Origin: Epiperipatus broadwayi
Taxonomy: Eukaryota > Animalia > Onychophora
DNA length: 64,000 nucleotides
Assembly (NCBI GenBank): GCA_028023455.1
Contig: JAQFVV010000001.1
Coordinates: forward strand, 4,464,001 to 4,528,000
Reading direction: 5' to 3'
Part shown: piece by piece, positions 25,289-38,649 of the stretch
Layout: each line of letters opens with the position of its first letter
How positions within the stretch are numbered: the first letter of the stretch is position 1
The notes under the pieces: generated by a model
What the model was told of the DNA's origin: nothing
Databases searched by the model: none
Seen by the model: only the letters and a program-made list of their open reading frames with translations
Translations under genes and position numbers: made by a program

Positions 25289-28260
25289 ATGACAGACAAA
25301 AATAAAGCATGGCCCTTAATCCCAGGAGGCTGTAAAGTCACCAACCAAGGCAGCGGTTGGTGGCCGAAGGCGGAGGGTGCTAAGAATATCCTGGAGGCGG
25401 ACCCAGGCTGCCATTTGATGACAACTTTTTATTTAGGTACTTACAACTGCAGATCACTTTCAAGTGAAGGAAGATTGCAAGAATTAGAAGAAGAACTCTC
25501 TTATATTAAATGGGATATTATTGGACTTTGTGAAGTTAGAAGAAAAGGTGAAGAGACAATTGATGTAAAAAGTGGACATATGCTCTATTATAAAGGCACA
25601 AATATTGGAAATACAAGTGGAGTAGGATTCATTATAAATAAAAAGTGGAAGAACAATATTGTGGAGATTGATGGTGTATCAAACAGAGTGGCAAGATTAG
25701 TTATACAACTTAATAGCAGATATCAAATGCAGATAATTCAGGTTTATGCCCCAACAAGTTCTCACAGCGATGAAGTAGTAGAAGATTTTTATATGGATGT
25801 ACAAAAGGCTTTTGATCAGAGTAAACAACATTTTAAAATTGTTATGGGAGATTTTAATGCTAGAATTGGTAAACAAATGAAAGATGAAAGTGTTGTAGGT
25901 AATTTTGGTTATGGTAATAGAAATGAGAGAGGACATAGACTTGTGGAGTTTGCAGAGAAGGAAAAACTTTATATTATGAATTCTTTTTTTGAGAAAAATG
26001 TTAGAAGGAAATGGACATGGAAGCATTCAAATGAAGGTACAGCAGAATTGGATTATATTTTGACTAACAGGAAATACATATTTCAAGATTGTAATGTTCT
26101 TAATAAATTTAACACAGGAAGTGATCATCGATTAGTAAGGGGTAAGATACATGTTAATGTAAAACTAGAGAGACAAAAATTATTAAGAAAAACTATATTT
26201 ACAGTTGATATTCCTAATCTTCAGAAACATTCTAATGAATTTAAATTAGAACTTACAAATCGGTTTCAAGTATTAGTAGATTTTGAACATGATTCAGATT
26301 TGAATGAAATTAATATGAAAATAACTGATACACTTTTAAAAACTGCAACAAAGATAGCTGGTAGAAAAAAGCAGCAATTGACTAACAAAATTTCTACTGA
26401 GACTAGGGAACTTATGAAGAAAAGAAGGAATATGAAGATATGCAAGAATGATGCATTAAAAAGAATTGAATATCTCGAATTTTGTAAAATGGTGCGGAAA
26501 AGAGTTGAAAATGATATAAGAAAGTATAACTGTGAATTAGCAAGAAAAGCTGTAGAAGAAAATAAAAGTCTTAAGAATGTAAAACAACATTTTGGTATTG
26601 GTAGGAAATTTATATCTGCAATAAGGAAAAAAGATGGAATTATTACTAAAAAGAGGGATGACATTATGAAATTGGTAGAAGATTTTTATCGAGAATTATA
26701 TAGTAATAAAGAACAAGTACCTCCTATATCTATTACATCTTCCGAATTGCCCAGAATTTTAAATGAAGAAGTGAGAAATGCAATTAAATGTATGAAAAAA
26801 GGAAAGGCTCCAGGTAATGATGGAATTATAATTGATATATTAAAAGAAGCAGGTGAAGAAACAGAAAAAATATTAGCAAAGTTATATACCAAATGTCTAA
26901 ATGATAAAGATGTACCGGATGATTGGAAGAATGCAGTAATAATATTAATATTTTAAAAAGGTGATAAAGAAGATATTAGAAATTACAGACCTATCAGCCT
27001 TTTATCAGTTTTATATAAAATTTTTACCAAGATAATTACAACTCGTCTACAGAGAACCTTGGATTTTCACCAACCAAGAGAACAAGCTGGATTTAAAAGT
27101 GGTTTTAGTACAGTAGATCATATTCAAGTATTGAGAGAAGTTATAGAAAGGACAAATGAATATGAGTTGTCATTGTGTTTGGATTTGTAGATTATGAAAA
27201 GGCATTTGATTCTATAAACATTTCTTCAGTGATTAAAGCATTGGATCATCAAGGTATAGATCCAGGATATTGTCATATTTTAAAGAATATTTATAAAAAT
27301 GCAACAGCAACAATTAGATTACATAATGATACTGGGAAAGTCAACATTGAGAAAGGTGTAAGACAAGGTGACTCCATATCTCCAAAACTTTTTACAGCAG
27401 TGCTGCAAGAAGTATTTTGTGGATTAAAATGGGAAACTAAAGGAGTGAAAGTAAATGGAGATTATTTAAGTCATTTAGATTTCGCAGATGATGTAGTTGT
27501 TTTTGCAAATAATGCTTCCGAGCTGCAGGAAATGTTGCAAGAGTTATCAGATGAAAGTAGAAAAGTAGGACTAAAGATAAATGTTAAAAAGACTAAAGTA
27601 ATGTTTAATCGATTTGCTCAAAATATGAAAATAAAGATTGATTATGATGAATTAGAAGAAGTTAAGAGTTACAAATACCTTGGTCAGATTATTAATACAG
27701 ATGGAAACATAATAGAGGAAATTAATCATAGAATTAAACTTGGTTGGAGTGCTTTTGGTAGAAATAACTTGATATTAAAAGGAAATATGCCTATGTGTTT
27801 GAAAAGAAAGGTTTTTAACAAATGTGTTTTACCAGTTCTTACTTATGGATCTGAGACTTGGACACTTAATAGAAGATCAATACAGAGACTTCAGACCACT
27901 CAAAGAAGTATGGAGAGATGTATGTTGGGAGTAACAAGAAGAGATCGAAAACGCAATGTATGGGTAAGAGAACAAACAGGTGTTACTGACCTCATTGAAA
28001 AAATTAAAAGATTGAAGTGGAGTTGGGCTGGACATATTGCTAGAAGAGATGATAATAGATGGACAATTGAAATTTTAAACTGGATTCCAAGAGATTGTAA
28101 AAGACCTAGAAGGAGACCACATGTAAGATGGATGGATGAAATAAGAAAATGTGTAGGGGTGATGTGGAGAAGAGAAGCTAAAGATCGGAGAAGATGGATT
28201 AAACTTGGAGAGACCTTCATCCTGCAGTGGATTGATAATGGTTGATAATGATGATGATTA
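25289..28260 (+). mobile_element. Near full-length RTE-clade LINE (AP endonuclease + reverse transcriptase), inactivated by one stop and one frameshift
   Basis: Endonuclease motifs GTYNCRSL, DIIGLCEVRR, QVYAPT, VMGDFNARIG, ELDYIL, SDHRLV. RT motifs KAPGNDG, YRPISLLS, EQAGF, FVDYEKAFDS, GVRQGDSISPKLF, FADDVVV, YKYLG. In-frame TAA at 26954-26956 (IF*KGD), 1-bp frameshift near 27180, and a 3' (GAT)n tail to about 28260. No TSD identified. Confidence 0.95.
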
Positions 28261-30710
28261 ATAATATCAAAAATATTTCCTTGATCTGAGAATTTTTTAA
28301 TGCACATAAAATCAATTCTTAAAAAATTATCAAATATTATTTTAATCATATTAATTGTTGATATTTATTTATAGATCATATGCTAATTTTTGTATGCAAC
28401 CTTGATGTTATTTTTGACATTTAAAATGAGTGATATTAAATTGAAAAACTAAATTTATAAACTCTTAATTATATTATAAAAATATAAGTAATTTTTTTAT
28501 ATTTAAAATCAAATTTCTCACATGAAAGAAAGCTATCGTTTATTTGTTTTTGATAATTGACCATCCTTAAGTTAGGTCATGTAAGTGGATTATGACCTTA
28601 ATTTTATATATATTATTATTTAAAGTTTATTGATAACCTTGTTATGTTTTGTTTCACAGATTTTTGTAACTTCTTGAATGAAAAAAAATTATTTTTTTTT
28701 TGCAATTTTTTATGAATGGTCAAATAGAATGTTTTTTTATATATATTCAGAAAAAGAAGCTTATATACAAATATGTTGCAATTCAAATAAATCCATGTGC
28801 AAAAGTAGATTGAGTAGAAATAATGTTTTGTTAACTGAAAATGATTGAGATTAAACAAATGCTGCAATCAGCTTATAAAACAATACAATATTACAATTTA
28901 TAAAAACATAGCGCTATATAAAATAAATATCTTATTTACATAAGAATGTTATATGTAATTTCAAAATTCTAATGCCATTTATGCATAACAATCTCTCTTT
29001 GTGTATCCCAATTTTGTCAAAATTTTTGTAACTTCTCTATATTTTTTTTCTTTTTCAATTGTTTAAATAATATTTACATTACATTTGATAAATTGATAAA
29101 GTTTTGTAACACTTTGATAATGTAAAATTTAATGTAAATAATTAGCTTTGAAATATTTATATTTAAAAAGCTTTTATAACTTGTGAAATTTTAAATATAT
29201 ATATATATTAAGGTTTACTTGAATATTTCTATGGATATTTTTGAATATATAGCTGAAAAAATATTTTAACTAATAGTATTGTCATTAACTAAATTGTTTT
29301 AAAAGCTTATGTTCACATTGGTATGTTGCATTTACACTGTCTATTTTGAAGCTTTCAGAACTTTTCAATTCAAATCTATGAAAAGTAAGCTAGTGTTTCA
29401 GGTGATTTTAATGGGCATACCTCAAACCTTATCCCTTATACTTTTTTTTTTAAGTTGCAAGAATGTGTATGGTGTTTAAAACTTTATTTATTTTTTTAAG
29501 CTGTTGTAAAGAAGCATCAAAAGATATTCTCTTAAGTAAATAATAATAATTTGTACAACTTATATTCAGGATAAGAGCTGTTAAAATGTCAGTATTATTT
29601 TTAAAATATCATTAATTTTATATGTCTGTATATAGAGAAATTGCAATAATTAGGAAATATCAGAAAGAAAAAACTTTTTTCTCATCTACATTCATTAAAA
29701 CAATTCTTTAATTGGTCAAAGATTAATAAGTTTATCAAATATTTGCACGAAGTTTTTTTTTTTTTTTACAAAGAATAAAAGGAAAGCTTTTTAATCAGGT
29801 AAAACTATGCATTTTAGTAAAGAAATACAGTGTTTGTAATGCCTCTTTGGAAAGATATAAATGCAAATGATATTACTAGTCAAAATAGTTTCCAACCACA
29901 AAAAAAAATTGTATCATATTTATACATATAATTGTAAAATAAAAAACCATAGAATAGATTATTTATTTTATATTATGAACGTCTTAATATATTTATGGCA
30001 TGTTTATATAATATAGCCTTACGTTTTCATATCAATTTTAATGAAAGTCAAAGAATATAAAACGGTTATGTTTAACTAAATAAAGTTTATGGAGTAATTT
30101 AAGTGGCAGTTCTACCATATCTATTCTTTTTTAAATTTATTATTATCTTTGAGAAAATAATCATTTCTCCGGACTAAATTGCTCATAACTGAAAAATATT
30201 ATTTGGCATTTTAATATACAATAAATTATTTACTTCCTGAAACTACAAGCTTTTGATCTTAAATAACATATTTCAAAATGGAAAAATAATTTTATATGTA
30301 ATAATTTTAATGTTTTAATAGACATTATATATGATAAAATATTATAATAAATTGAGATTCTATTTTTAATTTTAATTAAAAATTAATTGTAATTAAAAAT
30401 CTCAGCAGAATCTTTTAATGCAGCAGTCTATTAAAAATCACTTGCATCTGTTGATAAAATAGTAAACTATCAGCTCTTACAATGACTTTGACTATAATGC
30501 TAATAGTTTACCATCTTCACAGCTTGCATAGTTGATTTTTTATTGGCTGTTCTTTGAAAGATGGCTATAAATTTTTAACTGCAGTTAAAAACAGAATCTC
30601 CATTTATTATAATATGTTTATATATATATATTGTGCCATCTGGTAGGTCCCAACTAAATATAATCATATTTATATTATTACTATTTCCTATTGTATTGTC
30701 AAATGTATAC

Positions 30711-30892
30711 CATATAATAATCAATTGACGAAACACTTTATTACTTTTACAATGCTTTACTATCCACTCTTCATTTAACAGTTTCGATTGTCCCAGCAAT
30801 CTTCTTCAGAACCAAACTGTTAACTGAAGGAAAGGGTGGATAATAAAGCATTGTAAAAGTAATAAAGTGTTTCAACAATTGATTATTATATG
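30711..30892. repeat. 182-bp foldback/MITE-like palindrome
   Basis: catataataatcaattgacgaaacactttattacttttacaatgctttactatccac...ttaacagttt pairs with aaactgttaa...gtggataataaagcattgtaaaagtaataaagtgtttcaacaattgattattatatg. Arms are about 75 bp with a spacer of about 25 bp. Confidence 0.85.
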
Positions 30893-31181
30893 ATATATAT
30901 ATATATAGTTATAAAAAAAATTTTTTTAATGTTAACTCATTAGTTTATGTTAGGATTATTAGTTATTGAAATCATCAATGCAAGTCTTTCTGATTTCACC
31001 TTGTGTACACAATAAATTCAGAGTTGATATTTTATATATTTTATTTAAAAGATTTACTACCAACATTTTAGAATAGGCAAAATTTACCATCTATTCCCAT
31101 GATCTTTAAAGTCATACAATATCAATTTTTTCCAAAATGAAAACTATTTAAATTTCAAAAGGAAAACATACCTATACCTAT

Positions 31182-31757
31182 TGCTGTGTGCTGCGCTAAT
31201 CAAATCACGTGCACACAAGTTGTATAGACTTGCTCAGATCGAGCATGAATATTAAACCGGATTGAGCATGTAGCACTGCAAACCAATAGGAATAGTTATG
31301 GATATAAATGACCAATGGGGGAGAATGTCCACAGAATCCTATGCTCACAGTCTGGAAGGGGAACTAACTATAAAAGATATCTGGTGCTGAAGATCGGACA
31401 CTCTAAATCAGAAGAAGGACCTGGACTGGCTTTTCTTACCCAGTGAATCCCCGCTGAAGGTACAAAGGAAGGGATCTAGGCAACTTTAAAGGCCAACTCG
31501 GTCTATATTATTATTTATTAGTAAGCCTAATGGCACAGATAAAAGTACGGTAAAATTACTTATGTAAAATTTTGTATACTTTTTGATTACCATAATTCGT
31601 TGTAACTAATTATACTCTGTAACCTTTTCCAAATTGTTATTAAATAGTTTAACCTGACTGTCACTCTGAGAGTTCTTTTCTTTAAAACTATATATGCTAG
31701 TACATGTTCGCAAAAACAGAATAAGTTGCTGTATGTAATTAGAGTCAGAACATAGCA
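31182..31757 (+). repeat. 5' LTR (576 bp)
   Basis: TG...CA ends. Differs from the 3' LTR by 3 substitutions and one 1-bp indel by manual comparison. Two CCAAT motifs precede TATAAAA at 31369-31375. Confidence 0.97.
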
Positions 31758-31763
31758 TACAAT

Positions 31764-31772
31764 TGGCGCAGT
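31764..31772 (+). promoter_or_regulatory. Primer-binding site, probably for tRNA-Ser
   Basis: TGGCGCAGT lies 6 nt after the 5' LTR and is complementary to the ...ACUGCG-CCA 3' end of arthropod tRNA-Ser, the PBS type used by several insect Gypsy elements. The match weakens after 9 nt. Confidence 0.65.
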
Positions 31773-31843
31773 TGACAGTTGAAAGAGGACAAAGTGGTTA
31801 AACTGAAAAGAGAAAAGGTGGCAATAGTTATTTACCAAGGAAG

Positions 31844-34800
31844 ATGGCTACAACTCAGCCGGGTATTTGTGAATTCGATGTTAATAGTCCTTCCGAGTGG
31901 CCCCAATATACAAAACATATTGAATATTATTTCATTGTTAACAAAATCAAAGATGACGTAACTAAAGTAGCCACACTATTACTTTTCGGTGGACCAGGTG
32001 TAATTGAAGTTGCAAACCAATTATGCGGACCCGAAGAACCGGAAAAACTATTGTACTCCGATCTAGTTGGGCGGCTGAATAACCATTTTAGCCCAGAACC
32101 GTCAAAACACATTGCTCGCCTACACTTGCGCAACAGATGCCAAATAAAGGGAGAAAAGTGTAGAGATTTTGATACCGCCTTAAGAGATTTGGCGCGAAAG
32201 TGTGCTTATGTAGACCTAGAAGAAGCACTATTAGATCAGTTTTTATTGGGGGTGAGCGATGACAAATTACGTCAACAACTATTGGCCATCCCAGATCTGA
32301 CTATTCCGAGGCTATCAAAAGAGGGATGTCCCACGAACTAGTTATAAGCAGCTCCAAAGAATTCCAACAAGGTAACCTGGATGCTACGAAACCAACTTCA
32401 ATAAGCAAAACAGAAGAACTACCAAACTCGAAAACTGAATGTTATCGCTGTGGCAAAATTGGACACATTGCACGTGAATGCAGCTGGAAAAATGCAAAAT
32501 GTAATAAATGCGGGAGAGTTGGACACCTGGTGAAAGTTTGCCATACTAAAAATAGAACTAGAGCGAATGACAAATCCCCAGTAAACAGATATGCCAAATC
32601 GGAATGTTATACCGAAATAAATAAGGCAGAGACCAAAAGCTGTCAACAAATAATGTTAGCAGTAGAGATATGTAACAAAGCTATAGAAATGGAGATAGAC
32701 AGCGGAGCTGGGGTGTCCATCATATCGCAAAGGGATTGGTCCGAGATAAATAAAAACGTTAAAAACCAGCCAAGAGTAGCTAAAACAGAACTCAAGGCAA
32801 ATGATGCAAATGGGAATCCTATTCAAATAGTCGGAGTAGTAGAGGTTATGGTAGCCATAAACAATCGCTGGAAAAAACTAAACCTATATATTGTCAAGGG
32901 CAATATAGCACCCTTATTAGGTAGGGAATGGTTTACCCCGTTAGGCATTAAGATCTGTATGGTAAACAAAATTAACATGGAAAGGGAAATAAAACTTAAA
33001 TTCCCTAAACTGTTTACCGAAGAACAGGGACGAATCACTACGACAGCCGTGGAAATTGAGCTTCGCGAAGGTGCAAAAGCAGTACACTGCAAGCCTAGGA
33101 AAATACCTTTTGCTATGAAATCACGAGTTGAAGAAGCTTTAGAGGACATGATAAAGAAAGGTGTGTTGACTCCAGTCGAAGACTCAGAATGGGCTACTCC
33201 TATAGTGATCGTAGCAAAACAAAACGGACAAGTCCGAATATGCGGGGACTACAGACTAACTGTAAACAAAAGTATTGCCAAAAGCCCATATCCTGTTCCA
33301 AATGTTAGAGAGATATTAGCTGGATTGGAAGGCGCAAATTTTTTCGCAAAGTTAGATTTAAATGCCGCTTTTCATCAGATTCCAGTGACAAAGGAAACGG
33401 CGGCGCTCCTTACCATAACAACACACAAGGGATTGTATAATTATAATTGCTTACCTTTCGGCGTAAAAATCGCCCCGAACGCTTTTCAAGCTAAAATAGA
33501 CACGCTGTTGGAGGGACTGAAAGGAACAACGCCATATTTTGACGACATTCCGGTAACAGCGGAATCCGAAGCAGAATTACAAATTAGATTAGACGAAGTT
33601 TGAGAACGGCTAGAGAATTTTGGTGCAAAGCTAAACATGCAAAAATGTATTTGGTGTGCTAAAAAAATAAAGTTTTTAGGCCACATCATATCAAGCACTG
33701 GCGTTAGACCCGATCCGGATAAAATTAAAGCTATCATAAATGCACCAAAGCCCAAAAACGACAAAGAACTGCAGGCTTTCTTAGGATTGGTTAATCTTTT
33801 CGAAAATTTTCTGAAGGGAAAAGCACATGTAGCCACACCTTTGTACGAGTTACTTCGCAAAAATCAACGATGGTGTTGGAAGAACCCGCAAGAGAGCGCT
33901 TTTCAGAAAACGAAAGCACTGCTAACGTCAAACCACTTGTTAGTACATTATAACAGTAGCCTCGACATCACATTAACAACGGACGCATCCGAATACGGAA
34001 TTGGGGCGGTACTCAGTCATCCGTCACAGAATAGCGAACGCCCAATAGCATACATGTCTAGAACGTTGTCAAAAGCTGAAAAAAATTACAGCCAATTGGA
34101 CAAGGAGGCATTGGCCATTGTAACAGCAGTTCGGAAATTCCATCAATACATTTACGGCCGATCAGTTAAAATAATAACAGACCACCATCCATTGTTGGGG
34201 ATATTCGCCAATAAAAAAGCCGCCCCTGACCATTTGAGCTCGCGAATGATTCGCTGGTATAATTTACTGTCTGCATACGATTACGAACTCGTACATCAGA
34301 AAGGTAGTCAAATTCAACATGCGGACGCGCTTTCACGCATACCAGATGTAACAGAGGAAACTGACACCGAAGTAGACGTAAATTACTTGGACCATTGGAA
34401 GCCGGAAATTATAAATAGCAACACTATAGCCAGATGGACTCAAGAAACAGCTGGATACCAGGCACTGGTAAACTGGATTACGAAAGGATGGCCTAACAAA
34501 CGACCACATTATTTACATAGGTCCTTATGGAATATGCGTCAGCAGCTGTCGACATTAAAGGGATGCATAGTAATTGCAGATAAAGTATTGGGTCCACCCG
34601 GCGGTCGTTCTAAGATATTAGAAATGTTGCATCAAGGGCATCCAGGGGTCGTTCGCGCAAAAGCTCTAGCCCGCAGTTATGTGTATTGGCCAGGCATGGG
34701 TACGGACATAGAAATGTTCATTAAAAAATGTAAATCCTGCCAATCAACCGTAAACATACCTCCAAAGAAATTTACACCGTGGCCCAAAACGGATAAACCT

Positions 34801-35697
34801 TGGAGCCGGGTCCACATAGACCATGCTGGACCAATAAATGGCAAAATGATTTTGGTGTTGATAGATGCTGGCTGAAAATGGGCAGAATACAAGATTGCCA
34901 AAAATACTAGTTCTGCAGAAACAATTCGTATTTTAAGCGAAATATTCGCACACAATAGGGATCACCAGAAGTCTTGGTTTCCGACAATGGGACTGCTTTT
35001 ACTTCCGACGAATTCAAATCATTTGTGGAAGAGTGGGGAATAAATCACATCCGTTCTCCGTATCACCCGGAATCCAATGGAATCGCGGAAAAGGCGGTAC
35101 AACATTTGAAACTAGTATTAAATAGATTAAATAAAACCAACCTATCCGAGGCGCTAAACATTGCAATGCTGCACCAACACATTACGCCCACCACATCTAC
35201 TGGGAAATCACCAGCTGAAATATTGATGGGCAGAAAACTGCGTAACAAGCTGACCATTCTGATGCCTGATCTTGGAAAATCGCCACCAATTATGAAAAAT
35301 ACTTATGCTGCCGGAGATAATGTATGGATGTGCGATACACTACACAAGACGTGGACAGAAGGTGTAATAACCAGGATTATTTCAGACCAAATCGTTGTAA
35401 TAAAAACCAACTCGGGAGCAAGCTACCATCGACACAAATCATGTCCGGAAAAACTGGACAGAAGTGAATTTCGACTACAATATAGAAACTCTAGATGAAG
35501 ATCCACTCGAAAATCAAAATGTCGTTAATAAACACGGTGCAGAAGACCTCATAGAGTTAGGTGATGAAACAGCGGGAGTTCCAGAGGAAACCATGATACA
35601 GCATCCCGGATTGAATGCGACTGGCGATCATGAGGAAAACAGACTCCGTCGTAAACATCGCCCACCTGCCTATTTACAAGACTATATATGTCACTAG
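31844..35697 (+). pseudogene. Disrupted single gag-pol ORF of the Gypsy element
   Basis: Gag (MATTQPG...), two CCHC knuckles (CYRCGKIGHIAREC, CNKCGRVGHLVKVC), protease (IDSGAGVSII), RT (CGDYRLTVN, LPFG, YFDD), RNase H (TTDASEYGIGAVL, YSQLDKEALAIV), integrase (HQGHPG, HIDHAGP, SDNG, ESNGIAE) and C-terminal PPAYLQDY. Lesions: frameshifts near 32303, 34955 and 35440, and TGA stops at 33601 and 34873. Confidence 0.95.
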
Positions 35698-36059
35698 TTA
35701 ATAAATGGTAACAAACCAGCAGTAGAATGGCATGCTTAAAATTAACTCTAGAGTAAGCATTTGTTTGTTTTATTTGTTTTAAATTTTAAATGAACTACGC
35801 ATGCAAATTTTGACTATATACATAAGTTTTATTATTACGGAACCGTTTTGTCTGATGCAACTCGGAATAATTAAATAACGGGATTGTGGCCGCATGGGAA
35901 TTGTGTTTATTTATTAAAGAACATTTGTAAAATAAGCAATAATAGTAGTTTACTAAGTGATACTGAAAGCCAAAAAACGAATTTGATAATTACTATTGAA
36001 TGAAGAAATAGACTATTAAAAGAATATGTGTGACTCCAGAGAAGCAGGCTTTTCTCAGG

Positions 36060-36074
36060 AGTAGTGGGGGATAG
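36060..36074 (+). promoter_or_regulatory. Polypurine tract
   Basis: AGTAGTGGGGGATAG sits directly before the 3' LTR. Confidence 0.75.
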
Positions 36075-36649
36075 TGCTGTGTGCTGCGCTAATCAAATCA
36101 CGTGCACACAAGTTGTATAGACTTGCTCAGATCGAGCATGAATATTAAACCGGATTGAGCATGTAGCACTGCAAACCAATAGGAATAGTTATGGATATAA
36201 ATGACCAATGGGGGAGAATGTCCACAGAATCCTATGCTCACAGTCTGGAAGGGGAACTAACTATAAAAGATATCTGGTGCTGAAGATCGGACACTCTAAA
36301 TCAGAAGAAGGACCTGGACTGGCTTTTCTTACCCAGTGAATCCCCGCTGAAGGTACAAAGGAGGGATCTAGGCAACTTTAAAGGCCAACTCGGTCTATAT
36401 TATTATTTATTAGTAAGCCTAATGGCACAGATAAAAGTACGGTAAAATTACTTATGTAAAATTTTGTATACTTTTTGATTATTATAATTCGTTGTAACTA
36501 ATTATACTCTGTAACCTTTTCCAAATTGTTATTAAATAGTTTAACCTGACTGTCACTCTGAGAGTTCTTTTCTTTAAAACTATATATGCTAGTACATGTT
36601 CGCAAAAACAGAATAAGTTGCTGTATGTAATTAGAGTCCGAACATAGCA
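36075..36649 (+). repeat. 3' LTR (575 bp)
   Basis: About 99.3% identical to the 5' LTR, preceded by a purine-rich tract and followed by the TSD CCTAT. TATAAAA at 36262-36268. Confidence 0.97.
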
Positions 36650-38649
36650 CCTATGTTTAACAGAATAGCAATCTTTATATATATATGTATTTCAATAAAT
36701 ACATTAATAAATATATAACAAACTATATTTTGTGTGCATCAATATGTTATTAGAAATATGTATGACTGAAGTTTTGAAACATATTTATTAATAATAGTAT
36801 TCGTTTGATAAATTTGACAAGTCAAGCATGAAAGAATTACATTACAACAATGCTAATGATATTCACATCATTCTTTTGAAAAGAAAAAGAAGAGTCTGTG
36901 TCTTGAAAAACAAACAAGAACTGAGTATTTTTGTTCTTTTCATAAAAGTATTCTATTTTTAAAAAAAGTTGTGTCCTAATAAACATTACTTTTGTTATGG
37001 AAACAATGATGTATACTTAAGAAAGCTTACCGTATGGCTGGATAAAAGAAATTTGCTGTCTACTTTTTAAACAAGCAAAATCTAAATCAATAGCTTGATA
37101 CTAATCAAAATATTATAAACAGCATGTTCAAGAAAATCTATTCTTTATTTCTCAGAAAGGTTAAAATATTTTTTTTTAATCTTAGGTAAGATATATATAT
37201 ATGCATGTACTTAACTCCTTGAGCATGAATATTTAGGAAATTAAGAAATAATGTTAATACATAACGACTGGATGATTATTTGTGAAGGATCGTCAATCTC
37301 TTGATTTTTATTAGTCATTCTTTTTACTACATTGAGACACCATCTGTTGGATTATTTGCTTTATACATATTGACAATACTATTGTAAATTTATATGTGCT
37401 TGCATGTGCAATTTTATATCCAAGGATAATAGCATCTTGTAATGGATAGAATAATGGTTACTTCTTTAAGGAATTATATCAGCAAAACAGAATGAACTTC
37501 TTAAAGAATTAAAATCTAGCTGCATCTAATGTATATTTTGTGATACTTATCTGGATGGATTATTATTGCCAAATATCCTGGATATGAAATTGCATTATAT
37601 TCTAATGGGAATAAGTTTTTTCTAATAATTTAATATAGGTTATGAATTAATCCTGATGTATTCCTTTAATGAACAATATCTTCAGTTAATGCAATTTTTT
37701 TATTATTTTGGTTTATTTAAATCATTCAACTGCTTAAATTTTTTATTTGTGTTTCTATGAAAAATGCTTTGGAATTTCGTATTACTATTTATTCAGTAAC
37801 TTATTTTTATTTTTCACTATTTTTGTGTGGACTTCATATGTTTTATTACGAATACTATGTAAAAAGATTACCATTTTATATGAAAGATGTGAATCATACT
37901 AAAGTCTAATAATTTTAGGTTTTTAATGTTAGAAAGCATTAAAACATTATTGGTCAAAAGATGTATTTTACAATACTAATATAAGCAAGATTCAATTTTA
38001 TTGTGACACATTAATGCCAAAAAAAAAAAAAGCCCATCCCCTCACTCAAAAAAAAAAAACCGTATTTTTTCAATGTTGAATTACACATATATATATATAT
38101 AAAATGAAATTGGATTTAACCTTATACAATTTATTTTGTGAATATTAATTCTATAAATATTAGGTTTTTTTCATCTTAAAATTTAATATTTTATATATAA
38201 TGGATTTAGGCAAAATAGCAATAAGTGTTAACTTGTAACACAGGATTGGAAAACTTGATAATGCATTTTTTTTTTTAATAAATAGAAATTTAAAATAGGA
38301 AGTGTTAAGAATTATCTGATTAGCAAATTGCCATTAATTTCATAAGCCTATTAGAAAACATGTTGAACCTGAATTTAAAAGTAATCACATGGTTTGCTTG
38401 CTTAAATTATTCATTAATGACTAGCAATATTTAGCTACATAGATAGTTTAAAGAATAATGATTAATTTCACTCATTTGATAAAGATAATTTAACATTTTT
38501 TAGAACTACATAATTTGAATTCAAAGTTACTAAGATAGACTGATGAATGTTATTGAGGATTTTAGCTCAAAATATAAAATCTCTGTAGAGTAAATTATTG
38601 TAATGGTCAATGTACCTCAACATATAATATCTTGGAAAAATCCATGTGA

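Larger units (their letters stand above)
31182..36649 (+). mobile_element. Full-length Ty3/Gypsy LTR retrotransposon (Mag-like, no env), recently inserted
   Basis: LTRs at 31182-31757 and 36075-36649 with TGCTGTGT...ACATAGCA termini; perfect 5-bp TSD CCTAT at 31177-31181 and 36650-36654; PBS, PPT, and gag-PR-RT-RH-INT domain order. Confidence 0.98.

Noticed and set aside
32290-32341. Programmed gag-pol ribosomal frameshift at the overlap of ORFs 31844-32341 and 32326-33603
   Set aside because: The CCHC nucleocapsid knuckles lie downstream of the shift, and restoring one base near 32303 gives a continuous LTxSEAIKRGMSHEL reading. It is a mutation in a single gag-pol ORF.
25697-35257. Minus-strand ORFs overlapping the RTE and Gypsy coding regions
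   Set aside because: They are antisense shadows of real coding sequence with no independent motifs.
31844-35697. Idea that a broken ORF with near-identical LTRs implies mobilisation in trans
   Set aside because: The LTR pair already shows 1 indel in about 1150 bp, which predicts about 3 indels over 3.85 kb, matching the 3 frameshifts. Post-insertion decay or assembly error is largely sufficient; the 2 stops are only mildly in excess.
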